Shown: one piece after another, positions 17,072 to 26,244 of the stretch | Layout of the letters: every line of letters starts with the position of its first letter | Position numbering within the stretch: position 1 is the first letter of the stretch | DNA from: Actinomycetota bacterium | GTDB lineage: Bacteria; Actinomycetota; Acidimicrobiia; IMCC26256; PALSA-610 | Length of the DNA stretch: 64,000 nucleotides | Assembly: GCA_052390615.1 (NCBI GenBank) | Contig: JBQTGT010000007.1 | Span: 73,614 to 137,613, forward strand | Direction: 5' to 3' | Notes under the pieces: generated by a model | Told to the model about the DNA's origin: nothing | Seen by the model: only the letters and a program-made list of their open reading frames with translations | The model's database searches: none | Program-made: the position numbers and the translations under genes

Positions 17072-18427
17072 ATGACGCCCTCCGACCGCGACGATCGACC
17101 GGCCAGCTCGCGCGCCAGCCGCCTCGTCGAGGCGCTGCCGGAAGGCACCTACGCGATCGGTGCGGGTTTGCTCGTCGCGGGCCTGACCGCGTACGGGTTC
17201 CAGATCCTCGCCGCCCGCCAGCTCACCGGAACGGAGTACGCGGCGCTCAATGGGCTGTGGGTGATCGTGTTCATCGTCGCGCCGGGCTTCTTCCAGCCCA
17301 TCGAGCAGGAGGTCAGCCGGGCACTCGCCCATCGCCGCGCCCAAGGGATCGGCGGCGGGCCGTTGGTCAAGCGGGCGGCGTTCCTCGGCGGGCTCCTCGC
17401 GGCCGCGGTCATGCTAATCGGACTGGCCGGGTCGCCGAAGCTGATCGACGAGGTGTTCCACGACGAGTCGTTGCTCGTCTTCGCGCTGCTCGTCGGTGTG
17501 TTCTCCTTCTATCTGGCGCACACCAGCCGCGGCGTGCTGTCCGGCAACGGCCGCTTCGGTGCCTACGGGATGATGCACGCGTCCGAGGGACTGCTGCGCA
17601 TCACTTTCTGTCTCGCGCTGTTCGTATCCGATGTCGGAACGCCATGGCTGTACGGCCTCGCGCTCGTGCTGCCGCCGCTCGGTGCGATCGGGATATCGCT
17701 GCGGGGACAGCGCGACCTTGTCACCCCCGGGCCCGAGGCACCGTACTCGGAGCTGTCGAGCGCGCTCGGCCTGTTGCTCGTCGGTTCGGTGCTGGCCCAG
17801 GCGCTGTCGTACGCGCCGTTCCTCGGCGCCAACCTGCTCGCGTCGGGGAGTGAGAAGGACATCGTCGGCAAATTCATCACCGGCTTGTTCCTCGCGCGCA
17901 TTCCGATCTTGCTGTTCCTGGCCGTGCAAGCCGCGCTCTTGCCCAAGCTCGCCGCGTTCGCGAGCGCCGGGCGTCACGACGATTTCCGCATCGGCATGCG
18001 TCGACTCGTGCTCGTCGTGGTGGGACTGGGCGTCATAGGGGTCATCGGGGGCGGCACGCTCGGACCGTGGGGAGGCGAGCTGTTGTTCGGCGAGGAGAAG
18101 TTCATCCTCGGGCGCCGCGACCTCGCATTGCTCGCGGCCGGGAGCGGCGGCTTCATCCTGGCGCTCACCCTCGCGCAGGGACTCATCGCGTTGCGGGCGT
18201 ACGGCGCGGCGATGGTCGCGTGGATGGTGGGCATCCTCGGCTTCGTGGCGGTGACCGCGCTCGGCGACGACCTGTTCCTGCGGGTCGAGCTCGGGTCGGT
18301 CGCCGGAGCCGCGCTCGCATCGGCCGTGATGGCCACGATGCTCGCGCTCCGGATGCGCCATGGCATCCCGAGCGGGGCGCTCGAAGAGCTGGTCGACACG
18401 ATCGGCCACGAACCGCCCGAGATATAG
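17072..18427 (+). CDS. Polytopic membrane protein, MOP/Wzx-like polysaccharide flippase candidate
   Basis: 451 aa with about 12-14 hydrophobic helices. It sits immediately upstream of ubiA-dprE1-dprE2. The family assignment rests on topology and context only. Confidence 0.55.
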   Translation: MTPSDRDDRPASSRASRLVEALPEGTYAIGAGLLVAGLTAYGFQILAARQLTGTEYAALNGLWVIVFIVAPGFFQPIEQEVSRALAHRRAQGIGGGPLVKRAAFLGGLLAAAVMLIGLAGSPKLIDEVFHDESLLVFALLVGVFSFYLAHTSRGVLSGNGRFGAYGMMHASEGLLRITFCLALFVSDVGTPWLYGLALVLPPLGAIGISLRGQRDLVTPGPEAPYSELSSALGLLLVGSVLAQALSYAPFLGANLLASGSEKDIVGKFITGLFLARIPILLFLAVQAALLPKLAAFASAGRHDDFRIGMRRLVLVVVGLGVIGVIGGGTLGPWGGELLFGEEKFILGRRDLALLAAGSGGFILALTLAQGLIALRAYGAAMVAWMVGILGFVAVTALGDDLFLRVELGSVAGAALASAVMATMLALRMRHGIPSGALEELVDTIGHEPPEI

Positions 18428-18450
18428 CGCCTTCGTAGACTGGAACACGC

Positions 18451-19416
18451 GTGAAGGCCCGTCGACCCATCGAATCCGCCAATGTCACCCAGTCGGCGCG
18501 CGACGAGATCGTCGTAATGGGGACAGCGACGCCTGCGTCCAACCCGTCGAAGGTCCGCGCGCTCGTGCGACTCGCGCGCCCGAAGCAGTGGGTCAAGAAC
18601 GTACTCGTGGTCGCCGCGCCCGGCGCCGCCGGCGTGCTTACCGAAGCCGAACCCGCACTCGACACCGCGATCGCGTTCGTGTGCTTTTGCCTCGCGGCCA
18701 GCGGTACCTACTACCTGAACGACGCGCTCGACGCCGACGCCGACCGAATGCATCCGACCAAACGGACCCGCCCGGTCGCGTCCTCGCAGGTTTCGGTTCA
18801 CACCGCGGTCGTAGGTGGCGTGCTCCTGCTGCTCGCCGCGGTCGCGCTCTCGTTCGTGGCGCGCGCCGAGCTGGCCCTGGTCGTCGTCGGCTATCTCGGG
18901 CTCACCATTTCGTACAGCGTGTGGCTGAAGCACGAAGCTGTGCTCGACCTCGCCGCGATTGCCGCCGGCTTCGTGTTGCGCACGATCGCGGGCGGCGTCG
19001 CCGTCGGCGTCACCATCTCGCCGTGGTTCCTCATCGTCGCGGGCGCCGGCTCGCTGTTCATGGTGACGGGAAAGCGGCACGCCGAGCTCGTCGAGCTGGG
19101 CGACGACGCGTCGACGCACCGGCCCGCGCTCGAGATGTACTCGCGGGCGTATCTGGGTTACGTGCGCGCGGTGGCGTCGAGCGTCGCGATCCTCGCGTAC
19201 TGTCTGTGGGCGTTCGAAAAAAGCGACGCGGTCGGCGAGGAGATCTGGTTCGAGCTGTCGATCGTCCCGTTCGTCCTCGGCATCTTGCGGTACGCACTGC
19301 TGCTCGAACAGGGCCGCGGCGGCGCACCCGAAGAACTGGTGCTCTCGGACCGAACGCTGTTCTTGATCGGCGTCGCGTGGGCCGCATTGTTCGCGGTCGC
19401 CGTGCACTATGGCTAA
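18451..19416 (+). CDS. ubiA: Decaprenyl-phosphate phosphoribosyltransferase (UbiA prenyltransferase superfamily, Rv3806c-like)
   Basis: ARPKQWVKN and [22 protein letters not shown] (NDxxDxxxD) motifs in a multi-TM protein. The start is uncertain (GTG 18451 or ATG 18517). Confidence 0.85.
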   Translation: MKARRPIESANVTQSARDEIVVMGTATPASNPSKVRALVRLARPKQWVKNVLVVAAPGAAGVLTEAEPALDTAIAFVCFCLAASGTYYLNDALDADADRMHPTKRTRPVASSQVSVHTAVVGGVLLLLAAVALSFVARAELALVVVGYLGLTISYSVWLKHEAVLDLAAIAAGFVLRTIAGGVAVGVTISPWFLIVAGAGSLFMVTGKRHAELVELGDDASTHRPALEMYSRAYLGYVRAVASSVAILAYCLWAFEKSDAVGEEIWFELSIVPFVLGILRYALLLEQGRGGAPEELVLSDRTLFLIGVAWAALFAVAVHYG

Positions 19417-20821
19417 GTCGAGCCGCCACGGGCCCGGTATCCCGGGGAGCAGCGAGACGGGCGCCGACGAGCTGCTGGCCGGCTGGGGTCGCACCGCCCC
19501 GACGCGCGCGCACGTCCGCGAACCGCGACGTCTCGACGAGGTCGTCGCGCGCGTCACCGACGCCGGTCCGCGCGGCGTGATCGCGCGGGGGCTCGGTCGT
19601 AGCTACGGCGACGCCGCACAGAACGCCGGCGGCGACGTTCTGCGGCTCACCGAGATGGACCGCGTCCTCGAGCTCGACGTCGGCAAGGGGACGTGCACCG
19701 TGGAAGCGGGGGTCAGCCTCGACACACTCATGCGCGCGCTCCTGCCGCTCGGCTGGTTCCCGATGGTCGTGCCCGGCACCCGATTCGTCACCGTGGGCGG
19801 CGCGATCGCGTCCGACATCCACGGGAAGTTCCGTCACGGATCGTTTTGCGACTACGTCGAGCGCGCCCAGCTCGTGACCCCGGCGCGCGGCGTCGTCACG
19901 ATCGGTCCCGGCAGCGAACCGGACGCCTTCTGGGCAACCGCGGGCGGCATGGGCATGACCGGCGTCGTCACCGAGGCAACATTGCGGCTCCAGCCCGTCG
20001 AAGGTTCGCTCATCACCGTCGACACCGAACGGGCCAGCGACGTCGACGACTGCATGGCGCGCATGCTCGCCGACGACGACCGCTACCGCTATTCCGTCGC
20101 GTGGATCGATTGCCTCGCGCGCGGTTCCGATCTCGGCCGCTCCATCCTGACCCGCGGCAATCACGCGCCGGTTGCGGCGCTCTCTCCGAAGGAGCGCGAC
20201 CGAGCCCGCGTGTTCGCGCCCCGCAACGTCGTCAAGGCCCCGCGATGGGTTCCGGGCGGCCTCCTCAATCCGTTGACGATCGCCGCGTTCAACGAGGCGT
20301 GGTTCCGGCGCGCACCTCGTCACCGCCACGACGAGATTCAGACGCTGACACGCTTTTTCCATCCGCTCGACGGCGTGACCGGATGGAACCATGTGTACGG
20401 CCCACGCGGGTTCTTGCAGTACCAGTTCGTGGTGCCCTACGGCGCCGAGCAGGTCGTCCGTACCACGCTGGAACGCCTGAGCGACGCCCGCTGTGCGTCG
20501 TTCCTCGCCGTGCTCAAGCGCTTCGAGCACGCCGCGAACGGGATGCTCGGGTTCCCGATCGAGGGATGGACGCTCGCGCTCGACATCCCGCTGGGCGGAG
20601 ACGCGCTGGCCGCGCTGCTCGACGAGCTCGACGAGCTCGTGGTCGCGGCGGGCGGACGTGTCTACCTCACCAAGGACTCACGCCTGCGGCCCGAGCTTCT
20701 GCGCGCGATGTATCCAAGACTGGATCAGTGGCGGGACGCGCGGACCGCCCTCGACCCCCGACACCACCTGCGTTCCGACATGGACCGCCGGCTCGACCTC
20801 ACAGGGCAGGGACAACGATGA
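19409..20821 (+). CDS. dprE1: Decaprenylphosphoryl-beta-D-ribose 2'-oxidase (FAD-dependent), DprE1-like
   Basis: GWGRTAP and [18 protein letters not shown]-binding N-terminus. The C-terminus ([11 protein letters not shown]...MYPRLDQW) is colinear with my recollection of M. tuberculosis DprE1. The start overlaps the ubiA stop by 8 nt. Confidence 0.9.
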   Translation: MAKSSRHGPGIPGSSETGADELLAGWGRTAPTRAHVREPRRLDEVVARVTDAGPRGVIARGLGRSYGDAAQNAGGDVLRLTEMDRVLELDVGKGTCTVEAGVSLDTLMRALLPLGWFPMVVPGTRFVTVGGAIASDIHGKFRHGSFCDYVERAQLVTPARGVVTIGPGSEPDAFWATAGGMGMTGVVTEATLRLQPVEGSLITVDTERASDVDDCMARMLADDDRYRYSVAWIDCLARGSDLGRSILTRGNHAPVAALSPKERDRARVFAPRNVVKAPRWVPGGLLNPLTIAAFNEAWFRRAPRHRHDEIQTLTRFFHPLDGVTGWNHVYGPRGFLQYQFVVPYGAEQVVRTTLERLSDARCASFLAVLKRFEHAANGMLGFPIEGWTLALDIPLGGDALAALLDELDELVVAAGGRVYLTKDSRLRPELLRAMYPRLDQWRDARTALDPRHHLRSDMDRRLDLTGQGQR

Positions 20822-21576
20822 AAGACGCGCTCGGATCCGTGCAGTCGGTGCTGGTGCTCGGCGGAGGTTCCGACATCGCGCTCGCGACGTGCCGCGAGCT
20901 CGCGCGCCGGCGAAGCATTCGCATCGTGCTGGCCGGCCGCAAGCCGGAGGCGCTCGATGCCGCGGCCGCGGCGCTGCGGGCGGCGAGCGCGGAGGTCGAC
21001 TTGGTCGAGTTCGACGCGACCGACTTCGGGTCGCACGAATCGTTCGTCGAGAAGACGTTCGACCGGTACGGTGACTTCGACGTCGTGCTCGTCGCGTTCG
21101 GCGTCCTCGGCGATCAAGACCGAGCGGAGACCGACGCCGCCGCCGCGCTGGAGATCGTGCAAACCAACTTCACCGGCGCAGTCTCGGTCGCGGTCTCGCT
21201 CGCGCAGCGGCTGCGTACGCAGGGACACGGCACGCTCGTATTGCTGTCATCGGTCGCCGGCGAGCGCGCGCGGCGGTCCAACTTCGTGTACGGGTCGTCC
21301 AAGGCCGGCGTGGACGCCTTCTTCCAAGGGCTCGGCGACAGCCTGGCCGGGAGCGGCGCCCGGGTGATGATCGTGCGGCCTGGGTTCGTGCACACCAAGA
21401 TGACGACTGGTCTGGCGGCGGCGCCGCTGTCGACGACATCCGAACGCGTGGCGACCGCGATCGCACATGGCCTGGCGCGCGGCCGCGAGACTGTGTGGGT
21501 GCCCATGCCACTGCGATTCGTCATGTCCGTCTTGCGCCACCTTCCTCGATCCGTCTTCCGCCGGCTTCCGATCTGA
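20818..21576 (+). CDS. dprE2: Decaprenylphosphoryl-2-keto-ribose reductase (SDR), DprE2-like
   Basis: ATGA overlap with dprE1. Rossmann motif VLGGGSDIA, catalytic YGSSKAG (YxxxK). Confidence 0.85.
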   Translation: MKDALGSVQSVLVLGGGSDIALATCRELARRRSIRIVLAGRKPEALDAAAAALRAASAEVDLVEFDATDFGSHESFVEKTFDRYGDFDVVLVAFGVLGDQDRAETDAAAALEIVQTNFTGAVSVAVSLAQRLRTQGHGTLVLLSSVAGERARRSNFVYGSSKAGVDAFFQGLGDSLAGSGARVMIVRPGFVHTKMTTGLAAAPLSTTSERVATAIAHGLARGRETVWVPMPLRFVMSVLRHLPRSVFRRLPI

Positions 21577-21578
21577 CG

Positions 21579-22151
21579 GTGCCGCGCACGGTCGCCGCCT
21601 TCGATTTCGACGGCACACTCTCGCGTCGCGACACGCTCCTCCCGTTCCTTGCCTGGGTGGCGGGTTGGCGGCGTGTCGGCACCGCCGCGATCGCCGAGGC
21701 GCCGCGCCTCCGCCGGTCGGATCGGGACACGGCCAAGGAGCGGCTCCTCGTCCGCGTCCTAGGCGGGCTGCGTCACGACGTCGTCGCCCGCGAAGGGCAC
21801 GCCTACGCGACCCAGGTGTTCGAGCACAGGCTGCGGCCGAGCGTCGTCGCCAAACTCGAACGGCACCGAGCGCAGGGCCACGAGGTCGTCATCGTGTCGG
21901 CGTCGCTCGACGTCTACCTCACGGAGATCGGACGTGATCTCGGCGTCGCGGCCGTGCTGTGCACGCGCTTGGAGGTCGACGAACGCGGTCGTTGCACCGG
22001 CCGCATGGTCGGCGGCAACTGCCGCGGCGAGGCGAAGGCAGAACGCTTGCGCGCGTACCTCGGTGACGAGGAAGTCATGCTGTACGCGTACGGCAACAGC
22101 GCCGGCGACGATGCAATGCTCGCGCTCGCCGACTTCCCAACGCGCGTCTAA
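21579..22151 (+). CDS. HAD-superfamily (subfamily IB-like) phosphatase
   Basis: FDFDGTLS (DxDGT), VSASLD and GNSAGDDAML motifs. GTG start lies 3 nt after the dprE2 stop. Confidence 0.75.
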   Translation: MPRTVAAFDFDGTLSRRDTLLPFLAWVAGWRRVGTAAIAEAPRLRRSDRDTAKERLLVRVLGGLRHDVVAREGHAYATQVFEHRLRPSVVAKLERHRAQGHEVVIVSASLDVYLTEIGRDLGVAAVLCTRLEVDERGRCTGRMVGGNCRGEAKAERLRAYLGDEEVMLYAYGNSAGDDAMLALADFPTRV

Positions 22152-22164
22152 CGCACGACCACCG

Positions 22165-22211
22165 AACTGGCGTGACAGAAGCGCGCCACACGCGCCTGTG
22201 TCACGCCAGTT
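22165..22211. terminator. Perfect 13-bp inverted repeat between convergent genes (HAD phosphatase and amidase)
   Basis: AACTGGCGTGACA (22165-22177) and TGTCACGCCAGTT (22199-22211). Confidence 0.4.
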
Positions 22212-22225
22212 CGCAGGGCGGTGCA

Positions 22226-23833
22226 CTACCTCGGGACCAACTTGCCGGCGAGGCCGACGGCTTCGAATGTGCGACCGGCGGCGCTGCCGAGGAACGGCGC
22301 ATCGCCAAACGAGAGCAAGCCGCCGTCGCGCACGAGCAGCGCGTAACCGGCGCCGGTCGTCGTCGGGATCATGCCGACGACGGGACCGCGCAACGTGTAG
22401 TCGGCACCCGAACCGTAGAAGCCGGCGTTGCCGAACGCGAACACGCCGCCGTCTTCGGCAACCAGCCAATAGCCGTCGGCCTGCGGCCGCGCCGCCATCG
22501 CGACGATGGGCCGGTTCAAACGAATGCCGCCGGTCGAACCGAAGAACCGCGCGTCGCCGTAACTGAAGATGCCGCCGTCGAGCGCGTAGAGCCAGTAGCC
22601 GCCGCCCGTAGGTGTCGGACACATTCCGAGCACCGGCGCGTTCAGACGCAAGCCGCCGGTCGAACCGAAGAACCGCGCGTCGCCGAACGAGAACACGCCG
22701 CCGTCCCGGGCAACCAGCCAGTACCCGCTGCCCGTCGGCGCCGCGGCCATGCCGATCATGGGCGCGTTGAGACGCATGCCGCCGGTCGAGCCGTGGAAGT
22801 GGGCGGCACCGAACGTGAACACACCGCCGTCGCGCGCGAACAGCCAGTATCCGAGCCCGGACGGGTGGGCGGTGACCCCCGAGAGCTGCACCGGCAACCC
22901 CAACCGCCGAGTGTCGCCCTGGTCGGGGAGGTTGCCGAACGCGAACAGCCGCCCTTCGCGCGACGCGATCCAATAGCCAGTGCTGCCGTCGCGCAGACGG
23001 TCGGCGACCCGGTTCCGGATGTCAGGAAGCATCGACCACAGGGGTGCGCCCGGGCACGTGGTCGCCTTCGTGTCGCGATGACCGCAAATGTTGGGGATGA
23101 CGACGGTGTTGCCGTCGCCGTTGACGTAGGGCGTGGCCCCGAGCGGATCGATCCCCCACCGCGCGCACTTCCACGTGAGGAATGTGATCAACGACTCGAT
23201 CGCGGGCCCGGGCGGGGCCACGTCGGTGTAGGTCCCCATGAACGCAACACCGATGGTGCGCGAGTTGTGCGCGAGCGCGTGACCACCGCGCACGTTCGCG
23301 CCGTTGCGCTCACCGGTGTGCGCGACACCGGACGGATAGTCGGTTGCCCAACGGCCCTCGTACAAGCGGCCGTTGTGGTCGATCATCCAGTTGTACTGGA
23401 GGTCGATGTACTCACCGGCGACCGCGTGTTCGTAGATGCTGCGCAGGACGCCCGCGGGGTCGCCGGGATTGTTGGGCGTGACCGTGTGGTGGATCACGAG
23501 CTTCTCGACCCCGCCGTCGAATTCCTGACCTCCTTCGCGGATCGCCTCGTTGGCGCCCCACTCGCCTCGGGTGACGATCGCCGGCGCGGGCCAGTCGGGA
23601 CGGGGCGAGAGCACCGGGCGGGCGCCGGCGATATCGACCGGTCGCGCACCCGAGGTGCGCAACACCGGGGTGATCGCGAGCGCGACCGATGCACCGCCCG
23701 CGAGCCGCAAGGCCCCGCGTCGGTTGATCGTTACGCCGGTGTTCTGATGCTCCGGCTGTGCTCGGCACGCCGGACAGTCGTCGTGCCCGTCGGGCTCGCG
23801 ACCTTCGCTTTCGCTCACGGGTTCCCCCAGCAC
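22226..23833 (-). CDS. Secreted N-acetylmuramoyl-L-alanine amidase (amidase_2/PGRP-type) with a C-terminal tandem-repeat domain
   Basis: Tat-like NRRGALRLAGG leader. Amidase_2 features VIHHTVTPN...GHRD..TTCPG. About seven GYW/DGGVF repeats follow. The exact start is uncertain (GTG 23833 or 23818). Confidence 0.85.
   Translation of the reverse strand: MLGEPVSESEGREPDGHDDCPACRAQPEHQNTGVTINRRGALRLAGGASVALAITPVLRTSGARPVDIAGARPVLSPRPDWPAPAIVTRGEWGANEAIREGGQEFDGGVEKLVIHHTVTPNNPGDPAGVLRSIYEHAVAGEYIDLQYNWMIDHNGRLYEGRWATDYPSGVAHTGERNGANVRGGHALAHNSRTIGVAFMGTYTDVAPPGPAIESLITFLTWKCARWGIDPLGATPYVNGDGNTVVIPNICGHRDTKATTCPGAPLWSMLPDIRNRVADRLRDGSTGYWIASREGRLFAFGNLPDQGDTRRLGLPVQLSGVTAHPSGLGYWLFARDGGVFTFGAAHFHGSTGGMRLNAPMIGMAAAPTGSGYWLVARDGGVFSFGDARFFGSTGGLRLNAPVLGMCPTPTGGGYWLYALDGGIFSYGDARFFGSTGGIRLNRPIVAMAARPQADGYWLVAEDGGVFAFGNAGFYGSGADYTLRGPVVGMIPTTTGAGYALLVRDGGLLSFGDAPFLGSAAGRTFEAVGLAGKLVPR
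22229..22984 (-). repeat. Coding tandem repeat, about seven copies of the ~40-aa GYW/DGGVF unit
   Basis: Read directly in the translation of the last 252 residues of the amidase. Confidence 0.8.
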
Positions 23834-23972
23834 GTCCGCGAACTCGATCGGCAGGGCCCCTCCGCTTTGCAGGCAAGAGGCTTACATACGCGAGGCCCAC
23901 CTCCAAACCTCGAGCGCAATATCCGGCTCCGAGTGCGAACAAATCGTGCACTGTGTGTGGTACGAACGAGCG

Positions 23973-25112
23973 ATGCCGGGCACCGCGCGACCCACGGTGG
24001 CGATCGACGTCACGCCGCTGATCGGTCTGCGGACCGGAATCGGCAACGCGGTCGCCGAGGTAATGACGGCGCTGGCGGAACTGGACGCGGCGCCCGATCT
24101 GGTGCCGTATACGCTCAGCTTGCGCGCCCGGCAGTCTTCTGACGACGTTCCCGAGGGCACGCGTTTCGTCCCGCTCCCGGCCCGGGCGCTGCTCGCGGCG
24201 TGGGGCCGCTCGAACACACCGCGCATCGACCGGTGGATCCGTCCGGCGCGCGTGCTGCACGCGACTAACTATCTCTGCCCGCCGAGCGCGCTCCCGTCGG
24301 TCGTCAGCGTCTACGACTGTTCGTTCGTGCGCTATGCCGAACTGTGCACGCCCGAGGTGCGGGCGGTCGGTCCGATCGTGCGCCGCGCGATCGCGCGCGG
24401 CGTGACCGTTCACACGACTTCGCAGTTCGTGGCCGACGAGATCGAGGACGCTTTCGCGCCGGGTTTGCGGGCGGCCGGACGACTCGTCGTCGTTCCGCTG
24501 GGCATTCCGCCGATCGGGAGCGTGGCCGAGATGCCGACCGGGCTCGACGCGCGGATCGCCGGGGCGCCGTTCGTATTGGCGATTGGCACGATCGAGCCGC
24601 GGAAGAACTACGCGCACCTCGTGGGCGCGTTCGTGAAGATCGCGACCCAACATCCCGACTTGCGTCTTGTCATCGCGGGGCAGGACGGACCCGCCCGTTC
24701 CGACGTCGACGCGGCCATCGAGCGGCTTCCACCGGATGTCCGCGCGCGCGTCGTGCTCCCGGGGTCGGTGAGTGATCCCACGCGCCGCGCGCTACTCGAC
24801 CGTGCCGCGTTGCTCGCCTACCCGTCGATCTACGAAGGCTTCGGCTTTCCCGCGCTCGAAGCGATGACCGCGGGCGTACCGGTCGTCGCTGCGCGCGCGG
24901 GCGCGATCCCCGAGATCGCGGGCGACGCCGCGCTACTCGTCGAGCCGACTGACGAGAACCAGATCGCCGACGCGATGCACCGCGTGCTCGCCGACGCCGA
25001 CACCCGCCGCGAGCTGGTCGCCCGCGGCCGCGACCGCGTCCGCGAGTTCTCGTGGCAAGACACCGCGCGCGGCCTCGCGGCCTGCTACCGACGCCTCGCC
25101 GCCTCGCCATGA
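23973..25112 (+). CDS. Glycosyltransferase, GT4 (GT-B fold)
   Basis: C-terminal GT4 signature (PSIYEGFGFPALEAMTAGVPVV). ATG at 23973 gives the typical short N-terminus. Confidence 0.85.
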   Translation: MPGTARPTVAIDVTPLIGLRTGIGNAVAEVMTALAELDAAPDLVPYTLSLRARQSSDDVPEGTRFVPLPARALLAAWGRSNTPRIDRWIRPARVLHATNYLCPPSALPSVVSVYDCSFVRYAELCTPEVRAVGPIVRRAIARGVTVHTTSQFVADEIEDAFAPGLRAAGRLVVVPLGIPPIGSVAEMPTGLDARIAGAPFVLAIGTIEPRKNYAHLVGAFVKIATQHPDLRLVIAGQDGPARSDVDAAIERLPPDVRARVVLPGSVSDPTRRALLDRAALLAYPSIYEGFGFPALEAMTAGVPVVAARAGAIPEIAGDAALLVEPTDENQIADAMHRVLADADTRRELVARGRDRVREFSWQDTARGLAACYRRLAASP

Positions 25113-25122
25113 GGCGCCCTGC

Positions 25123-26214
25123 ATGAGGGTCGCGTGCCACGCCGGGCAGCTGCTGCAGCCGGTCCCGGGCGGGATCGGCCTCTACACGACCGCGCTGCTG
25201 GCCCGACTGCGTGTGATGGGCGTCGACCCGGTGGCGTTCGCAGCCGGCCCTCGCCCCCGCACGATGCCGGCCCACGTTCCGTGGATCGACCTCGGTTGGC
25301 CGCATGGGAGCGTGCGCTACGAGTTGTGGCACCAGCTGCGGCGTCCGCGCGTGCACATCGACGCCGACGTCGTCCATGCGCCCAGCCTGGCCATTCCTCC
25401 GGTCGTCGGCGTTCCGCTCGTCGTGACGGTGCACGACATCGCGTTTCTGCGCATCCCGGGAGTCACGACTCGACGCGGGACGTCGTTCCATACGCGTGCC
25501 CTCGAAATCGCACGACGCGATGCAACGCTGGTGCTGGCGCCGTCGGCATTCACGCGCCTCGAACTCATCCGCGAGGGATTCGCAAGTGAGGACGTCCTGC
25601 TCACGCCCTTGGGTGTGAATCCTCCACTCCGTCGTGGACCTGAAGAGATCGACGCGACGGTCGAGCGCGCCGGCTTGGTCGGTCCGTACATCTTGACGGT
25701 CGGCACGATCGAACCGCGCAAGGACCTGCCGACGATCGTGGCAGCAGCCGAACGCCTCCGTCGGACGCGCACCGACCTCATGCTGGCCATCGTGGGTCCG
25801 CACGGTTGGGGGTCGGTACCGGGACTCGATCGCGCGGGCGTCAAGGTGCTGGGCGAGTTGCCGTGGCGCATCGTCGACGCGCTGTACCGTCGCGCCGCCG
25901 CCGTGTGCGTCGCGTCGCGCTACGAGGGATTCGGTTTGCCGGCGCTGGAAGCACTGGTGCGAGGCGCGCCACTTGTCGCCGCCGACAATTCGGCGCTCGC
26001 CGAGGTGGTCGGCGGCTCGGGCTTGCTGTTCCCGACGAGTGACGTCGACGCGCTGACGAACGCGCTCGATCGCGTCCTCGATGACCACGCACTCCGTACC
26101 GACCTCGCCCGACGCGGGCGCGCTCGGGCCGCCGAGATGACGTGGGAAGCATCGGCCGAGGCCCATGCCCGCGCGTTCGAGCTCGCGGCGGCCCGGCATC
26201 TCGAACGCGCCTGA
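25123..26214 (+). CDS. Glycosyltransferase, GT4
   Basis: SRYEGFGLPALEALVRGAPLV signature. Confidence 0.85.
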   Translation: MRVACHAGQLLQPVPGGIGLYTTALLARLRVMGVDPVAFAAGPRPRTMPAHVPWIDLGWPHGSVRYELWHQLRRPRVHIDADVVHAPSLAIPPVVGVPLVVTVHDIAFLRIPGVTTRRGTSFHTRALEIARRDATLVLAPSAFTRLELIREGFASEDVLLTPLGVNPPLRRGPEEIDATVERAGLVGPYILTVGTIEPRKDLPTIVAAAERLRRTRTDLMLAIVGPHGWGSVPGLDRAGVKVLGELPWRIVDALYRRAAAVCVASRYEGFGLPALEALVRGAPLVAADNSALAEVVGGSGLLFPTSDVDALTNALDRVLDDHALRTDLARRGRARAAEMTWEASAEAHARAFELAAARHLERA

Positions 26215-26244
26215 GCGGCAACCCCGATTTTGTATGGTGGCGCG

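Noticed and set aside
22229-22984. Regular ~120-bp DNA periodicity (also at 3525-4181 and 60783-61541) that could be mistaken for a CRISPR array or other non-coding tandem repeat
   Set aside because: The periodicity lies entirely within open reading frames and corresponds to ~40-aa protein repeats. The units are diverged at the DNA level, there is no identical repeat/unique spacer structure, and no cas genes are present.
21759-24142. ORFs 21759-22973 (minus) and 22172-24142 (plus) overlapping the amidase gene
   Set aside because: They are alternative-frame or antisense readings of the repeat-rich amidase gene. Only the 22226-23833 frame gives the amidase_2 motifs and the clean GYW/DGGVF periodicity.
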